Assembly (NCBI GenBank): GCA_045628045.1
Contig: JAZQOV010000006.1
Span: 64,001-128,000 of the forward strand
Length of the DNA: 64,000 nt
Direction: 5' to 3'
Source of the DNA: Bacilli bacterium
GTDB taxonomy: Bacteria; Bacillota_I; Bacilli_A; RFN20; CAG-826
The position numbers were made by a program, and so were the translations under genes. The notes beneath the pieces are model-generated. The model was not told the DNA's origin. It did no database searches and was given only the letters and a program-made list of their open reading frames with translations. Of the stretch, positions 16,975 to 27,664 are shown one piece after another; position 1 is the first letter of the stretch; the number at the start of each line of letters is the position of its first letter.

Positions 16975-19364
16975 TATTTTCTAAGTTCTGCACCAAACTT
17001 GGTTTCGAGAGCTTTAATAATAGATTGCTCAATTGAGACAATATCAGCCTCACCAAGAGTTTTGTTTGAATCGTTAAGAGAAACACTTACTGCAAGTGAA
17101 TAATGCCCTTCTTTAACGTGTTCGCCATGATAAACATCGAATACGTCGACAGACTTAATAACTTCACGATTAACCTTAAATATTTCGTTAACTACTTCTT
17201 TAGAAGTAACCGCGTCTTGAAGGACAAACGCAAAGTCACGTTTAACTGTTTGATATTTTGAAATTTGTTGCATCTTAATAGCTGAAGTCTTAGTTTCAAA
17301 AACTGCACCTAAATCAACTTCCATCACAACAACGTTTCCACTTAAATCAAGTTCTTTCAATGTTGATGGATGAAGTTCTCCAAGTACTGCAACTTGTTTA
17401 CCATCAACTTTTAGTTGAGCAGATTTACCTGGATGGAATTCTTTAGCACTTGAACGTTCTAAAACCGTTCTTTTTTCTTCAATATTAAAGAGTTTAAGTA
17501 AACCATCAAGAACACCTTTAACGTGATAATAGTTATAAGGTTCGCCTGACATTGCACCGCGTCTTAAATCATTTCCAGCACATGCAATTGCTAAATGAAT
17601 ATGTTTTACACCATCAGTAGTGAATAAATCACTAACTTCAAAGATTGCAACGTTTTCATTGCCGTGATTTAAGTTGTAAGAAAGTGTATTTAATAAGCTT
17701 GGTAAAATATTAGTTCTTAAATATTCATGCTCATCAGTTAATGGGTTAAGAATCTTGTAAGATTCTCCTTTGTTTAAAATAGCAAAAGATTTAACTTCTT
17801 TCTCACGAACAAGAGAGTAGCAAAGTGCCTCATCAATTCCTAAACCTCTTAAATAAGAACGAACTTGTCTTTTGTGTTCAAGATCTTTTTCAAGACCACC
17901 AATTGATAGGTCGATTGTAGGAAGTTTTGATTCAATATTTTCAAAACCGTTAATTCTGATAACTTCTTCAGATAAATCCGCTTCACCTGTAATATCAATA
18001 CGATGAGCAGGAATTTCACAGACTAATTTGCCAGCTTTTTCACTAACTTTAATCCATGCTGATTCTAAAGAAGCAACAATTGTTTCTTTAGAGAAATTTG
18101 TGCCAAGTCTTCCATTGATATAATCAACGCTTGATTCAACAATGGTTGGTTTAACTTCTTTGCCTTGGAAGTTAACAACTTCACCAATTTCTTTTGCACC
18201 ACAAAGTTCAACTAAAAGTGATGCGGTCATATCTTGAACAAACTTCCATTGTGATGGATTAATTCCTTTAACGAATCTTTGTGATGAATCGCTAACTAAA
18301 GCAAGTCTAATTGATGTTCTTCTTATAGAAGCATAATCAAAGTTTGCTGCTTCCACCACAACATTTTTAGTGTTTTCATCAACAGCACATTCAAGGCTTC
18401 CCATAACACCACCAAGACACATTACTTTGCCATTTGAGGTAATACAAATATCACCTTTTTGAAGTTTGTATGTCTTTTCATCAAGAGCAACAAAGTCGCC
18501 TTCAATATCATCTCTAACCACAAGTTCTTGCTTTGCAAGCTTGTCCATATCATACATGTGAAGTGGTTGGCCTGTTAAAAGCATTACATAGTTTCCGATA
18601 TCAACAATATTATTAATTGAACGAATACCAGACGAACGTAAAGCTTCTTTCATCCATTTTGGAGATTCACCAACTTTAATTCCTTTAATAACTCTTGCAG
18701 AGAATTGTGAACATTTTTCACTAGATGATGAAACAGGGAATTTAGAAACAAGTGTTTCTTTTACATTGTATGTAGGGAGTTTAACTTCTCTTCCAAACAA
18801 TGTTTTAATTTCTTTTGCAGCATTTAATACACTGTACATATCTGGTCTATTTGCAAGAAGTTTTAAATCTAAAATTGTGTCATCTAAACCAAGATAGCCT
18901 AACACATCTTCATTGCCAACTTCTGCATCACCTGGAAGTTCTTCAATTCCTTTAGTTTGAGCTTCACTTAGATACTTTGTATCTACACCAAGTTCTACGA
19001 GGGAACAAAGCATACCATTTGAAACATGTCCACGGACCATTCCATTTTTAATAGTACCATCTTTTAAAACACATCCATCAAGGGCAACAATGACCTTTAA
19101 TCCTTTGCGGCAGTTCGGAGCACCACAGACAATGTCTAATGTTCCATACTTTGGACCAACATTTACTTTAGTAACATGTAGGTGATCTGAATTCTCCATG
19201 TTTTCACACATGATAACTTCTCCCACTACAAGTTTTGATGCTTGTGCAGCGTGAGTAATTGCTTCAACCTCAACACCAGCGAAGGTTAATCTATGAGCGA
19301 TTTCTTCTGGAGTTAATCCATCAAGATTAACGTATTTCTTTAATTCATTTAATGAAACTAACAT
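16974..19364 (-). CDS. pheT: Phenylalanine--tRNA ligase beta subunit
   Basis: IVCGAPN, ANRPD, B3/B4 domain, DLSEEVIRING, C-terminal RDFAF...FDVY. Confidence 0.97.
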   Translation of the reverse strand: MLVSLNELKKYVNLDGLTPEEIAHRLTFAGVEVEAITHAAQASKLVVGEVIMCENMENSDHLHVTKVNVGPKYGTLDIVCGAPNCRKGLKVIVALDGCVLKDGTIKNGMVRGHVSNGMLCSLVELGVDTKYLSEAQTKGIEELPGDAEVGNEDVLGYLGLDDTILDLKLLANRPDMYSVLNAAKEIKTLFGREVKLPTYNVKETLVSKFPVSSSSEKCSQFSARVIKGIKVGESPKWMKEALRSSGIRSINNIVDIGNYVMLLTGQPLHMYDMDKLAKQELVVRDDIEGDFVALDEKTYKLQKGDICITSNGKVMCLGGVMGSLECAVDENTKNVVVEAANFDYASIRRTSIRLALVSDSSQRFVKGINPSQWKFVQDMTASLLVELCGAKEIGEVVNFQGKEVKPTIVESSVDYINGRLGTNFSKETIVASLESAWIKVSEKAGKLVCEIPAHRIDITGEADLSEEVIRINGFENIESKLPTIDLSIGGLEKDLEHKRQVRSYLRGLGIDEALCYSLVREKEVKSFAILNKGESYKILNPLTDEHEYLRTNILPSLLNTLSYNLNHGNENVAIFEVSDLFTTDGVKHIHLAIACAGNDLRRGAMSGEPYNYYHVKGVLDGLLKLFNIEEKRTVLERSSAKEFHPGKSAQLKVDGKQVAVLGELHPSTLKELDLSGNVVVMEVDLGAVFETKTSAIKMQQISKYQTVKRDFAFVLQDAVTSKEVVNEIFKVNREVIKSVDVFDVYHGEHVKEGHYSLAVSVSLNDSNKTLGEADIVSIEQSIIKALETKFGAELRK

Positions 19365-19382
19365 AATTTTAACCTCCCTAAA

Positions 19383-20432
19383 TTATTTACGGCTGAATTG
19401 TTCGATAAATCGAACATCACCTTGATAAAATTTACGAATATCATCAATGCCATAACGAAGCATTGCGACACGTTCAATACCAACGCCAAAGGCGAATCCA
19501 CTATAAACAGAAGGATCATAACCTGACATTTTTAAAACATTTGGATGAACCATTCCGGCTCCAAGAATTTCAATAAATCCTGTGCCTTTGCAAATAGAAC
19601 AACCTTTTCCACCACAGTTCATGCAAGAAATATCAACTTCAACAGATGGTTCTGTGAATGGGAAATATGAACCACGGAATCTAACTTCACGTTTTTCACC
19701 AAACATTTTTCTAACGAAAAGCTCTAATGTTGCTTTTAAGTTTGCTAATGTAATTCCTTTTCCAACGACTAAACCTTCAATTTGTCCGAATTGATGTGAG
19801 TGAGTTGCGTCATCATCATCTCTTCTATAGGTTTTACCTGGACAAATCATCATAAGTGGTTTTCCACCTTTTTCATCCATAGCATGAGCTTGTTCTGGAG
19901 ATGTGTGGGTTCTTAAAAGAGTAGTTGGATTAATATATAAAGAATCTTGCATTTCTCTTGCAGGATGGTCAGCAGGAATGTTCATTCTTTCAAAGTTATA
20001 ATAATCACTTTCTACATCTGGACCTTCTTTAACTTCGTATCCCATTGATACAAAGATATCAATAATTTCATCTTGGATTAAGTAGAATGGATTAATTCCA
20101 CCCATTTTGTAATTAAATGAAGGAAGTGTAATATCGATTTTTTCTGCTTCTAATTTCTTTGCAATTGCAACATCATTAATTTCTTTTTGTTTTGCACTAA
20201 AAGCTTCATTAATTGCGCTTCTTGCATCATTCATAGCCTGGCCAAATTTTGTCTTTTCTTCACCCTCTAAAGTTTTGATTTGACCCATTAATTGGTTAAG
20301 CTCACTTTTCTTAGACATGTAAGTATCTTGGAAGACTTTTAAAGTGGCTTCATCTTTAATTTTTGAAGCTTCTTCTAAGATTTTTGCCTTAAGTTCAGCG
20401 ACTTTTTGGAATATTTCTGACATGGTTTCCAT
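19383..20432 (-). CDS. pheS: Phenylalanine--tRNA ligase alpha subunit
   Basis: [31 protein letters not shown]. Confidence 0.98.
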   Translation of the reverse strand: METMSEIFQKVAELKAKILEEASKIKDEATLKVFQDTYMSKKSELNQLMGQIKTLEGEEKTKFGQAMNDARSAINEAFSAKQKEINDVAIAKKLEAEKIDITLPSFNYKMGGINPFYLIQDEIIDIFVSMGYEVKEGPDVESDYYNFERMNIPADHPAREMQDSLYINPTTLLRTHTSPEQAHAMDEKGGKPLMMICPGKTYRRDDDDATHSHQFGQIEGLVVGKGITLANLKATLELFVRKMFGEKREVRFRGSYFPFTEPSVEVDISCMNCGGKGCSICKGTGFIEILGAGMVHPNVLKMSGYDPSVYSGFAFGVGIERVAMLRYGIDDIRKFYQGDVRFIEQFSRK

Positions 20433-20441
20433 CCCCCTTAA

Positions 20442-20650
20442 ATAAATAAAAGGATGACACTAAGGAACGAATTTCTCCGTGGTGCCATCCTAATTCAAAT
20501 TAAATAATTTGCTCTAACGCCGTAACGTGGTTAACGTCTCTCATTACAAGAGAATGCTCAGAGGTGAATTCACTCGTCTTACTTACACGTGGGTTCCACT
20601 ATTCCACATTCCCTATTAAGCAAGGTTACCGAGTTACTGCTTCTCGTCAA
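20442..20650 (-). promoter_or_regulatory. T-box riboswitch (Phe, specifier UUC)
   Basis: AGGATGGCACCACG T-box at 20491-20478; TTC at 20568-20566; U-tract before the pheS SD; -10 TATAAT near 20660. Confidence 0.85.
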
Positions 20651-20675
20651 TGCGCCTATATTATAAACGCGAGTA

Positions 20676-20717
20676 TAAAAAAAGTCCATACCTTTAAGGT
20701 ACAGACTCTTTTATTTT
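20676..20717. terminator. Terminator after the lipoprotein pair
   Basis: Imperfect hairpin AGTC..TACCTT/AAGGTA..GACT flanked by A- and T-tracts. Confidence 0.55.
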
Positions 20718-20724
20718 GTTTTAA

Positions 20725-21357
20725 TTATTCTTCTGCAGAGAAGTATGCATTGAATGCACTTTCTTGAGATGTTTTGTAAATGTAGATACAGCTATATGTT
20801 TCTGCTGGATCTACTTCTCCATCTCCCCAGTCATATTCGTCATAAGCTTCAACATAAATGTTGTAAGTGTATTCTCCTGAGATATAGTAACGATCATAAT
20901 AAGCCATGCCATAATCTTCAAGATAGTCTAAATAATCGTTATTAAAATCTAAGGTTGCACCACTTGGTAAATAGCTTGCCATTTTGTCTGCTAAAGATGT
21001 ATCAAATGTTTCAGTATAATCTTCAATATCAACAAATGTTAATGACGAAGAATCATAATAATAAACATCAGCAGTTGCATTTTCATCTTCATATTCACCG
21101 AAGGTGATTGAAGATTCTGCTTTGCCTAACATTTTAGCAGCAACTGGTTTTGCTAAACCTTTTAATGTGTCAAGCAATGTTGCTTCAGTTGTTTGGCCGC
21201 CACCAGTTGTATTACCGCTATCTGTGTTTTCACTGTCGGTATTTTGATTTGCGTCTGGTTTTGTGCCGTTTGTTGATTCTTTATTAAAGAATGAGCAACC
21301 GCCGAGTGCTAAAGCACTGGCGAATAAACCAAGAGCGAAAATTTTCGTTTTTTTCAT
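20725..21357 (-). CDS. Acidic lipoprotein of unknown function (start revised to 21357)
   Basis: MKKTKIFALGLFASALALGGC lipobox; low-complexity linker; D/E/Y-rich domain. Confidence 0.8.
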   Translation of the reverse strand: MKKTKIFALGLFASALALGGCSFFNKESTNGTKPDANQNTDSENTDSGNTTGGGQTTEATLLDTLKGLAKPVAAKMLGKAESSITFGEYEDENATADVYYYDSSSLTFVDIEDYTETFDTSLADKMASYLPSGATLDFNNDYLDYLEDYGMAYYDRYYISGEYTYNIYVEAYDEYDWGDGEVDPAETYSCIYIYKTSQESAFNAYFSAEE

Positions 21358-21373
21358 AATTCGAGATCTTTTT

Positions 21374-24265
21374 TTAATAAGCTTCATAAACTTCAACTTG
21401 GAAGACGATTCCTTCTGAAACTTCGTAAGTCATAACAAAAATTTCATATTCATCGCTACCATAGCAAGCATAACAATAATCGCCATCTTCGTCAGAATCA
21501 GCAGTTGGTGCATCATATTCATCATAATATTCTACAAGAATATCGCAAATTTCTTCGCATGCATCCATCAATGTGCTTTGTTCTGAATAATATGCGCAAT
21601 AATATTCATCATATTCAGAATCATATTCCAAAACGCCTTCTTCGCCAAAAAGGACATAAGATACTTCATCAGCAAAATCGGCTAAACCATCGGTTGAACC
21701 GCTTCCACCTTCTCCGCCACCATTAATTTCAATTGCATTAATGTGGATTTGTCCTGAACTGCTAACAGTTAATGTAACTTCAGTTGCGCTACCTTCCCAA
21801 AGGAATCCGCCATCAACAGCCGAGACAGTGCCAGTACTTGCAGAAACAAATGAACCTGTAGCTTTTGATTCGCCACATGTGTTTGCATCAAAGAAAATTG
21901 ATGTCATTGGTTCATCTGAAGTGAATGTAATTGTGTTATTTGCATAAAGTCTTAATTCTAAACGATTTGCATTGTAGGCCGGGTCAGATTGACCACTAGC
22001 TTTGCTGGTAGTGAATGAAACTCCACCTACTGAACCGGAAGTAGTAGTAAGTTCTGCAAAATCAAATGTAATTCCGTCACCACCAACGTCTTCTGGTTGA
22101 TAGTAAACATCAATTTCAAGAACACCTGTTTCACAAATCCATGGAGTGACAAGAATGTCTCCACTTGTTGCATATAAACCATATTGATCTTCGTCAACTT
22201 CAAAACCTAAACCTTCAAGTTCTTCACAATATGCAATATCGTCAATATCTGTGTAAAGATAGATTGTGTAACAATTGTAATAAGAATCGTAATAATAATC
22301 TTCTGCAGTTGCGATTGATGTGCCAGTTGGAAGTGGAAGAACGAATTCTTCTTCAACACCACAGGAAGCAAGCCATTCATTAAGCTCTTCCATTGCGATA
22401 TCGTAATGTGATTTAGCATTAACTGAAAGTACAGTTGAAGCAACAAATCCTGTTCCAACTGCGGTTACAGTAATTGTTGTTTCGCCACCACCTACTAAAG
22501 TAACGGTTAAACCTGAGACAGTTGCAACATCAGTATTGGATGAAGTAACTTGAAGTGTTGGATTGTCAAGTTTTACAACTTCGAGATCAAGGTCAAACGA
22601 ACCATCTGAAAGCATTGCACTCATTGTTTCTGGTAAATAAATGCCTTGAGTTTCATGTTTTGTTTCATCACCATAGACAAAAATATAAAGTGGTCCTTCA
22701 TCTAAATATTCTTCTGAAGTTTCGTCATAGGTTTGTTCAAGTTGGAAAGCAACAACTAATTTTCCTTTCGTGCAAATCCATGTTGGATAATCTTCATCAC
22801 TAGCAGGAATATATTCAACTTCAAAACCTGCGGCCTCGTATTTTGCTGCATAAGCAGCTGCTTCTTCAAGGTAGACATAGTCTACACCGATAACCATATC
22901 GCTAGATTCGATTTGTGCCATAAATGAAGCGCCTTCGGTTTCTTCATAAGCAATTGCGCTGTTTTCAGAACCAATAACAGTTTCAATAAAACTGTTTACT
23001 TCATCAATTGGGAATGCATCAAGAGTTGCGACTCCTTCTTGAACATAAATTGTGTTTCCGGTTTCTTCAAATCCGTATGAAACGAAATATGCACTTAAAC
23101 CATTAGCGAGTTCATAGTATTCATAACCTTCTTCATCGACAATGGCTTTATATCCTGCACCAAGAAGATCTTCGTCATAACCTTCGAATGGTTCAGCTAA
23201 TGAGTAGTCATAAATTGTTAAATAAATTTCTGGACCAGTATAGCCAAATGCTTCGAGGTACATTTCTAATTCTTCTTCTGTAAGTGAATCTGGATCAATT
23301 CCAAGGAATTCTAAGAACATAAGAATTTCTTCTTTTGCTGAATCATCAATGACCATGTCAATTTCATAGTCTTCACCTAAAGCGACAAATGGAAGAAGTT
23401 CAAGATATTCTTTTGCTAAAGCAATTTCTTCAGGATCTTCATTAATAATTTTTTCGAAATCCCATGCGGCGTCACTTGTTAATTCACTGCTATCCCAAAC
23501 ATCTTCTGACTTATAGAATTCAAAGATTGTTGGTGCAACGTATTCGTAAGTTTCTTCATCAAAACCACTATACACATCAACAGTATATTTGCCGGTTGGA
23601 TCAACGGCTTCGTAGCAAGAATATTTGTAAGAGTAATAAACTCTATCGAAACCTTCTTCTAAAAGAGCGTATGCGTAATCTTCATCGCGAACGCCATCAA
23701 CAACTACGACAAGTGCTTCTTCACTATCTTCCTCTTGAGAATGGAGATAATAACAACCTCCAACAAGATTATCGAGTCCAAGGATTTCATATTCACCTTC
23801 GCCTAAGAATTCTTTAATCTTCTCAACAGGGAATTCTTTGGAATAGGTAAATCCTTCTTCGAGGAAGCTTGGATCGAAACCTTCTTCAACTACTTGAATA
23901 GTAACAGAGGCTGATTTTGTTGCATCAAAAGATGATGTAGCAGTAATTGTAACTTCGCCTTCTGCAATTCCTGTAACTAATCCTGAAGTCGAAACTGTCG
24001 CAACTGATTCTGCACTTGTGGACCAAGTTACACTGTTTGATGCACCATTCACTACTTCCACGGAAGCTGAGAGTTGCATCGTCAAGCCTATTGATAATTT
24101 GGCTTGATTTCCGCTAATAGCTACTGACTTAACGGCTGGAGTGTTCTCGTCAATTGGTTCATATTGAGTTCCTGGATCATCTTTTTTATTAAAGATGCTA
24201 GAGAAATCACATCCACCCATTACTAAACCAGCTAATAACGGCAATAAGAGTAAACGTTTTTTCAT
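21374..24265 (-). CDS. Large acidic surface lipoprotein with two Big_2 (bacterial Ig-like) domains (start revised to 24265)
   Basis: SD GAGGAGGG; MKKRLLLLPLLAGLVMGGC lipobox; VTWSTSAESVATVSTSGLVTGIAEGEVTITA and SSNTDVATVSG...GETTITVT Big_2 motifs. Confidence 0.85.
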   Translation of the reverse strand: MKKRLLLLPLLAGLVMGGCDFSSIFNKKDDPGTQYEPIDENTPAVKSVAISGNQAKLSIGLTMQLSASVEVVNGASNSVTWSTSAESVATVSTSGLVTGIAEGEVTITATSSFDATKSASVTIQVVEEGFDPSFLEEGFTYSKEFPVEKIKEFLGEGEYEILGLDNLVGGCYYLHSQEEDSEEALVVVVDGVRDEDYAYALLEEGFDRVYYSYKYSCYEAVDPTGKYTVDVYSGFDEETYEYVAPTIFEFYKSEDVWDSSELTSDAAWDFEKIINEDPEEIALAKEYLELLPFVALGEDYEIDMVIDDSAKEEILMFLEFLGIDPDSLTEEELEMYLEAFGYTGPEIYLTIYDYSLAEPFEGYDEDLLGAGYKAIVDEEGYEYYELANGLSAYFVSYGFEETGNTIYVQEGVATLDAFPIDEVNSFIETVIGSENSAIAYEETEGASFMAQIESSDMVIGVDYVYLEEAAAYAAKYEAAGFEVEYIPASDEDYPTWICTKGKLVVAFQLEQTYDETSEEYLDEGPLYIFVYGDETKHETQGIYLPETMSAMLSDGSFDLDLEVVKLDNPTLQVTSSNTDVATVSGLTVTLVGGGETTITVTAVGTGFVASTVLSVNAKSHYDIAMEELNEWLASCGVEEEFVLPLPTGTSIATAEDYYYDSYYNCYTIYLYTDIDDIAYCEELEGLGFEVDEDQYGLYATSGDILVTPWICETGVLEIDVYYQPEDVGGDGITFDFAELTTTSGSVGGVSFTTSKASGQSDPAYNANRLELRLYANNTITFTSDEPMTSIFFDANTCGESKATGSFVSASTGTVSAVDGGFLWEGSATEVTLTVSSSGQIHINAIEINGGGEGGSGSTDGLADFADEVSYVLFGEEGVLEYDSEYDEYYCAYYSEQSTLMDACEEICDILVEYYDEYDAPTADSDEDGDYCYACYGSDEYEIFVMTYEVSEGIVFQVEVYEAY

Positions 24266-24376
24266 ATTTTTCCCTCCTCTTATATTGCACACATTATATA
24301 TAAAACGCGCATGAATGCAAGAAAAAACTGTTTAATAATAAACAATTTTTCACTGATAAATACTAAATTTTCTGAG

Positions 24377-25087
24377 TTATTTCGATAGCTGATACATCGC
24401 AATTGCACCAGCGATTGCAACGTTTAATGATTCAATATTTTGAATATCAATTCTTATTCTTTTTGTAGCTAATTCTAAAACATCTTTTGAAACTCCGTGA
24501 GCCTCATTTCCTAAAACTAAAATGTGTTTCGTTTTGCTCGAGATTGTTGATAAATCAACACTACCTTTAATTTCAGTTGCATATATTTCATAATTTTTAA
24601 GCGATTTTAAATCAAAATTATTTAAAATATTTAATTTGAAAATCGCACCTTGTGTTGATTGCAAAACTTTTTCATTATATTGTGAGCATCCATCGAGCAA
24701 AATAACATCATCATAGCCAAAAGCTAATGCTGTTCTTAATAATGTTCCTAAATTTCCTGGATCGGATACATTATCAAGGCACAAAATCTTATCGCCAAAC
24801 GTCTTTTTTTCTTTAATAAATTCGCACACACATATGACTCCTTGGGGAGATTTTACAGAGGAAATCGTTTCCATTAATTGCGAACTTATCACATATTGAT
24901 CTACATCCAAATCTTTTATTTCTTTTGTGACAAAAACTGATTTTAGTACACCACTTTCTTTAGCCATTTCAAGGGCATGAAAGCCTTCAATTTTGAATAA
25001 TTTTTGTTCCTTTAAAAACTTAGGATTGGAAAGTTTAACTAAATATTTAATTTTAGAATTTTGTCTTGAATCAATTTTATAAATCAT
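24377..25087 (-). CDS. TrmH/SpoU family RNA methyltransferase
   Basis: DPGNLGTLLRTA, LGNEAHG, ESLNVAIA. Confidence 0.93.
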   Translation of the reverse strand: MIYKIDSRQNSKIKYLVKLSNPKFLKEQKLFKIEGFHALEMAKESGVLKSVFVTKEIKDLDVDQYVISSQLMETISSVKSPQGVICVCEFIKEKKTFGDKILCLDNVSDPGNLGTLLRTALAFGYDDVILLDGCSQYNEKVLQSTQGAIFKLNILNNFDLKSLKNYEIYATEIKGSVDLSTISSKTKHILVLGNEAHGVSKDVLELATKRIRIDIQNIESLNVAIAGAIAMYQLSK

Positions 25088-25704
25088 TTGTGAACACCTC
25101 TTTTAAGTTTCTTTTGAATTTCTTTATAATTTGGGTAATATTTATAAACAATTTTGTAAAAATTGCTTCCGTGGTTTCTTTCGAATTCATGCGCTAATTC
25201 GTGAACAACTACAGATGTAATTATTTCCTCTGAATAATGTGCTAAATCTTGGCAAAAACTTAGATGATGTGTTTGCAAGGAATTTGATCCAAATCTAGAC
25301 ACAACTTTTCTTACAGTAATTTTATATGGTTTTTTGACATCCATTATCGCTTCATATTTTCTTACTAATGGGATAATTATTTCTGTTGCTTTCTGTTTAA
25401 TAAACTTATCAATTTCTACATCATCAGTTAAACAAAATTGAGACAAGGAATATTTTTCGCCAAGTAAGTAAATAAAATCTTCTTCAAAAGAATAATTTTT
25501 TGAATTTTGAAAACAATTAGTATTTACTAATCTTGGAGCGAATTTTTTTAAGCCGTCAATTAATTTCTTTTTACTTGTAAATAAAGGTGCTGTTATGATA
25601 AATTTTTCATTTTTAAAACGATAATAAGCGTTTCTTTGTCGCTTAAAAATTAGATCTACATCATAAGTTTTACCATTTAATTCTACTTTAAATGTTTCAA
25701 TCAT
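25084..25704 (-). CDS. YgjP-like/M48 family (DUF45) zinc-metallo protein (start revised to 25704)
   Basis: SRFGS, VVVHELAH...NHGSNFY. Confidence 0.8.
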   Translation of the reverse strand: MIETFKVELNGKTYDVDLIFKRQRNAYYRFKNEKFIITAPLFTSKKKLIDGLKKFAPRLVNTNCFQNSKNYSFEEDFIYLLGEKYSLSQFCLTDDVEIDKFIKQKATEIIIPLVRKYEAIMDVKKPYKITVRKVVSRFGSNSLQTHHLSFCQDLAHYSEEIITSVVVHELAHEFERNHGSNFYKIVYKYYPNYKEIQKKLKRGVHK

Positions 25705-25833
25705 AAATTTATTATACAATAATAATTTTTATAAATCAAATGATTTATAATTATTTATTTTTAGGTAAACATTCTTATATTTTGTTTGATTTTAATCAAA
25801 ATTAATAAATAATAATCGTTAGAGGAAACGGTT

Positions 25834-26817
25834 ATGATTGAATTATATAATTTAACAAAAGTCTTTAAAAAAGCTATAAGAGGCGACGGCATAAAAGAGA
25901 TGTTCAAGACCCTTTTCTCACGCAAATACATAACTACAACCGCAGTAGATAACGTTAACCTCCAAATTCCCGATGGGCAAATTGTTGGCTACATTGGTTC
26001 AAACGGAGCTGGCAAATCCACCACAATCAAAATGATGTGCGGTATTTTATCACCAACTTCTGGTGAAGTTTTGATCGATGGATTGAATCCATCAAAGAAA
26101 AGACGACAAGTTGCTGCAAAAATTGGAGTTGTTTTTGGTCAAAAAACTCAACTTTGGTGGGACATTGCATTAGTTGAAACATTCAAAGTTTTAAAAGAGA
26201 TTTATCAAATTAGTGACAAAGATTATGAAGAAAGAATGGCTTTTTTAAAGAAAACTCTTGAGCTTGATTCATTTATTAACCAACCTGTTAGGACTCTCTC
26301 ACTTGGTCAACGTATGAGAGGAGATCTTGCTGCTGCATGGTTGCATAATCCAAAAATTTTATTTTTGGATGAACCCACAATTGGCCTTGATGTTTTGGTT
26401 AAGGAAAAAATACGAAATGCAATCAAAGCGATGAATAAAAAATACAATACCACCGTCATTTTAACTACACATGACATGGAAGATGTCGCAAATCTTTGTG
26501 ATAGAATAATTTTAATTGAAAAGGGCAAAATCATCTATGATGGTCCAATCAAAAATCTAAAAAATGAATTCGGTGACTTAAGAACAATTAAAATTCCTTA
26601 TAAAGAAGAGTTTGAAAAGACTGAATTCAATACTTTTGATGGAAAAGTAACATATTCTCATGTCGAGCAAAATGAAATAATTAAATTTAATGCCGATGAA
26701 GTAAAATTAGAAAACGTTATTGACTATGTTTTCCACACACTAAAGGCTTCTGATTTAAATATTACAGAGCTTTCACTTGAGGATGTTGTTAAACAAATTT
26801 TAGGAAAAACAAAATAA
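25834..26817 (+). CDS. ABC transporter ATP-binding protein
   Basis: GSNGAGKS, LSLGQ, FLDEPT, TTH. Confidence 0.93.
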   Translation: MIELYNLTKVFKKAIRGDGIKEMFKTLFSRKYITTTAVDNVNLQIPDGQIVGYIGSNGAGKSTTIKMMCGILSPTSGEVLIDGLNPSKKRRQVAAKIGVVFGQKTQLWWDIALVETFKVLKEIYQISDKDYEERMAFLKKTLELDSFINQPVRTLSLGQRMRGDLAAAWLHNPKILFLDEPTIGLDVLVKEKIRNAIKAMNKKYNTTVILTTHDMEDVANLCDRIILIEKGKIIYDGPIKNLKNEFGDLRTIKIPYKEEFEKTEFNTFDGKVTYSHVEQNEIIKFNADEVKLENVIDYVFHTLKASDLNITELSLEDVVKQILGKTK

Positions 26818-26818
26818 A

Positions 26819-27664
26819 ATGTTTAAAAAATATAAACCATTTTTCAAAGCTGGAATGATTAACTCGATGGCGTATAAATCTGCCATCATTGGTTGGTTTT
26901 TCATTACCATTATCGAAGTACTTTGTACTTTATTTTTGTGGTTTGCAATTTATAAAAACGCAACTTCTCCAGTTATCAATGGTTTTACATTTAGGGAAAT
27001 AATTGCATATTTTATCTTCTCAAATATTTTAAGTTTTTGCATTTTTGGCGGCGACACAGGTTACAGAATTGATAAAGAAATTACAGAAGGCACTATTTGT
27101 ATGTCTTTTACTAAGCCAATTAGTTATAGAGGTAAAAACCTTGCTATAGCATTGGGTATAATAATGAATAAATTTTTAATGATTGGATTACCACTTACTT
27201 TAATTGCCTACACCATTTTTATTTTAACTGGAATTATTAAATTTGTTTCGGTATGGGCGCTTCTTTTCTCATTATTTTCATTTTTAATTCTTGTATTATG
27301 TTCAATAATTATTTCTGATTCACTTGAGTATTTTACAGGAATTTGCTGTTTTTATACCACAAGCGGTTGGGGATTAAATTTAGCGAAAAATTCAATTGTT
27401 GGTTTCTTAGGAGGAGCTTCGCTTCCTTTAGCATTTTTTAAATTTGGTAAAATTGATTTTTCTATAGTCCTAAATTATTTGCCTTTTGCAGGTATGATCC
27501 AAAATCCAATTCTAGCTTTACTTGGTGACTACTCACAACCTCAAACTTATCTTTTAATTATACATACAATTGGGTTATCAATAACTTGGATATTTCTTTT
27601 AGAATTAATTAATGCAATTTTCTTTAAAATTGCTAGCAAGAAAGTAACGGTACAAGGTGGTTAA
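26819..27664 (+). CDS. ABC-2 type permease (DUF990-like)
   Basis: About 6 TM helices, I..G...KP.S motif, C-terminal VQGG. Confidence 0.85.
   Translation: MFKKYKPFFKAGMINSMAYKSAIIGWFFITIIEVLCTLFLWFAIYKNATSPVINGFTFREIIAYFIFSNILSFCIFGGDTGYRIDKEITEGTICMSFTKPISYRGKNLAIALGIIMNKFLMIGLPLTLIAYTIFILTGIIKFVSVWALLFSLFSFLILVLCSIIISDSLEYFTGICCFYTTSGWGLNLAKNSIVGFLGGASLPLAFFKFGKIDFSIVLNYLPFAGMIQNPILALLGDYSQPQTYLLIIHTIGLSITWIFLLELINAIFFKIASKKVTVQGG

Noticed and set aside
20564-20767. 67-aa + strand ORF
   Set aside because: Antisense to the pheS T-box stem I and promoter; no SD or recognisable motif
21505-23817. Several His/Arg/Leu-rich + strand ORFs
   Set aside because: Reverse-frame by-products of the GAA/GAT/TAT-rich acidic lipoprotein gene
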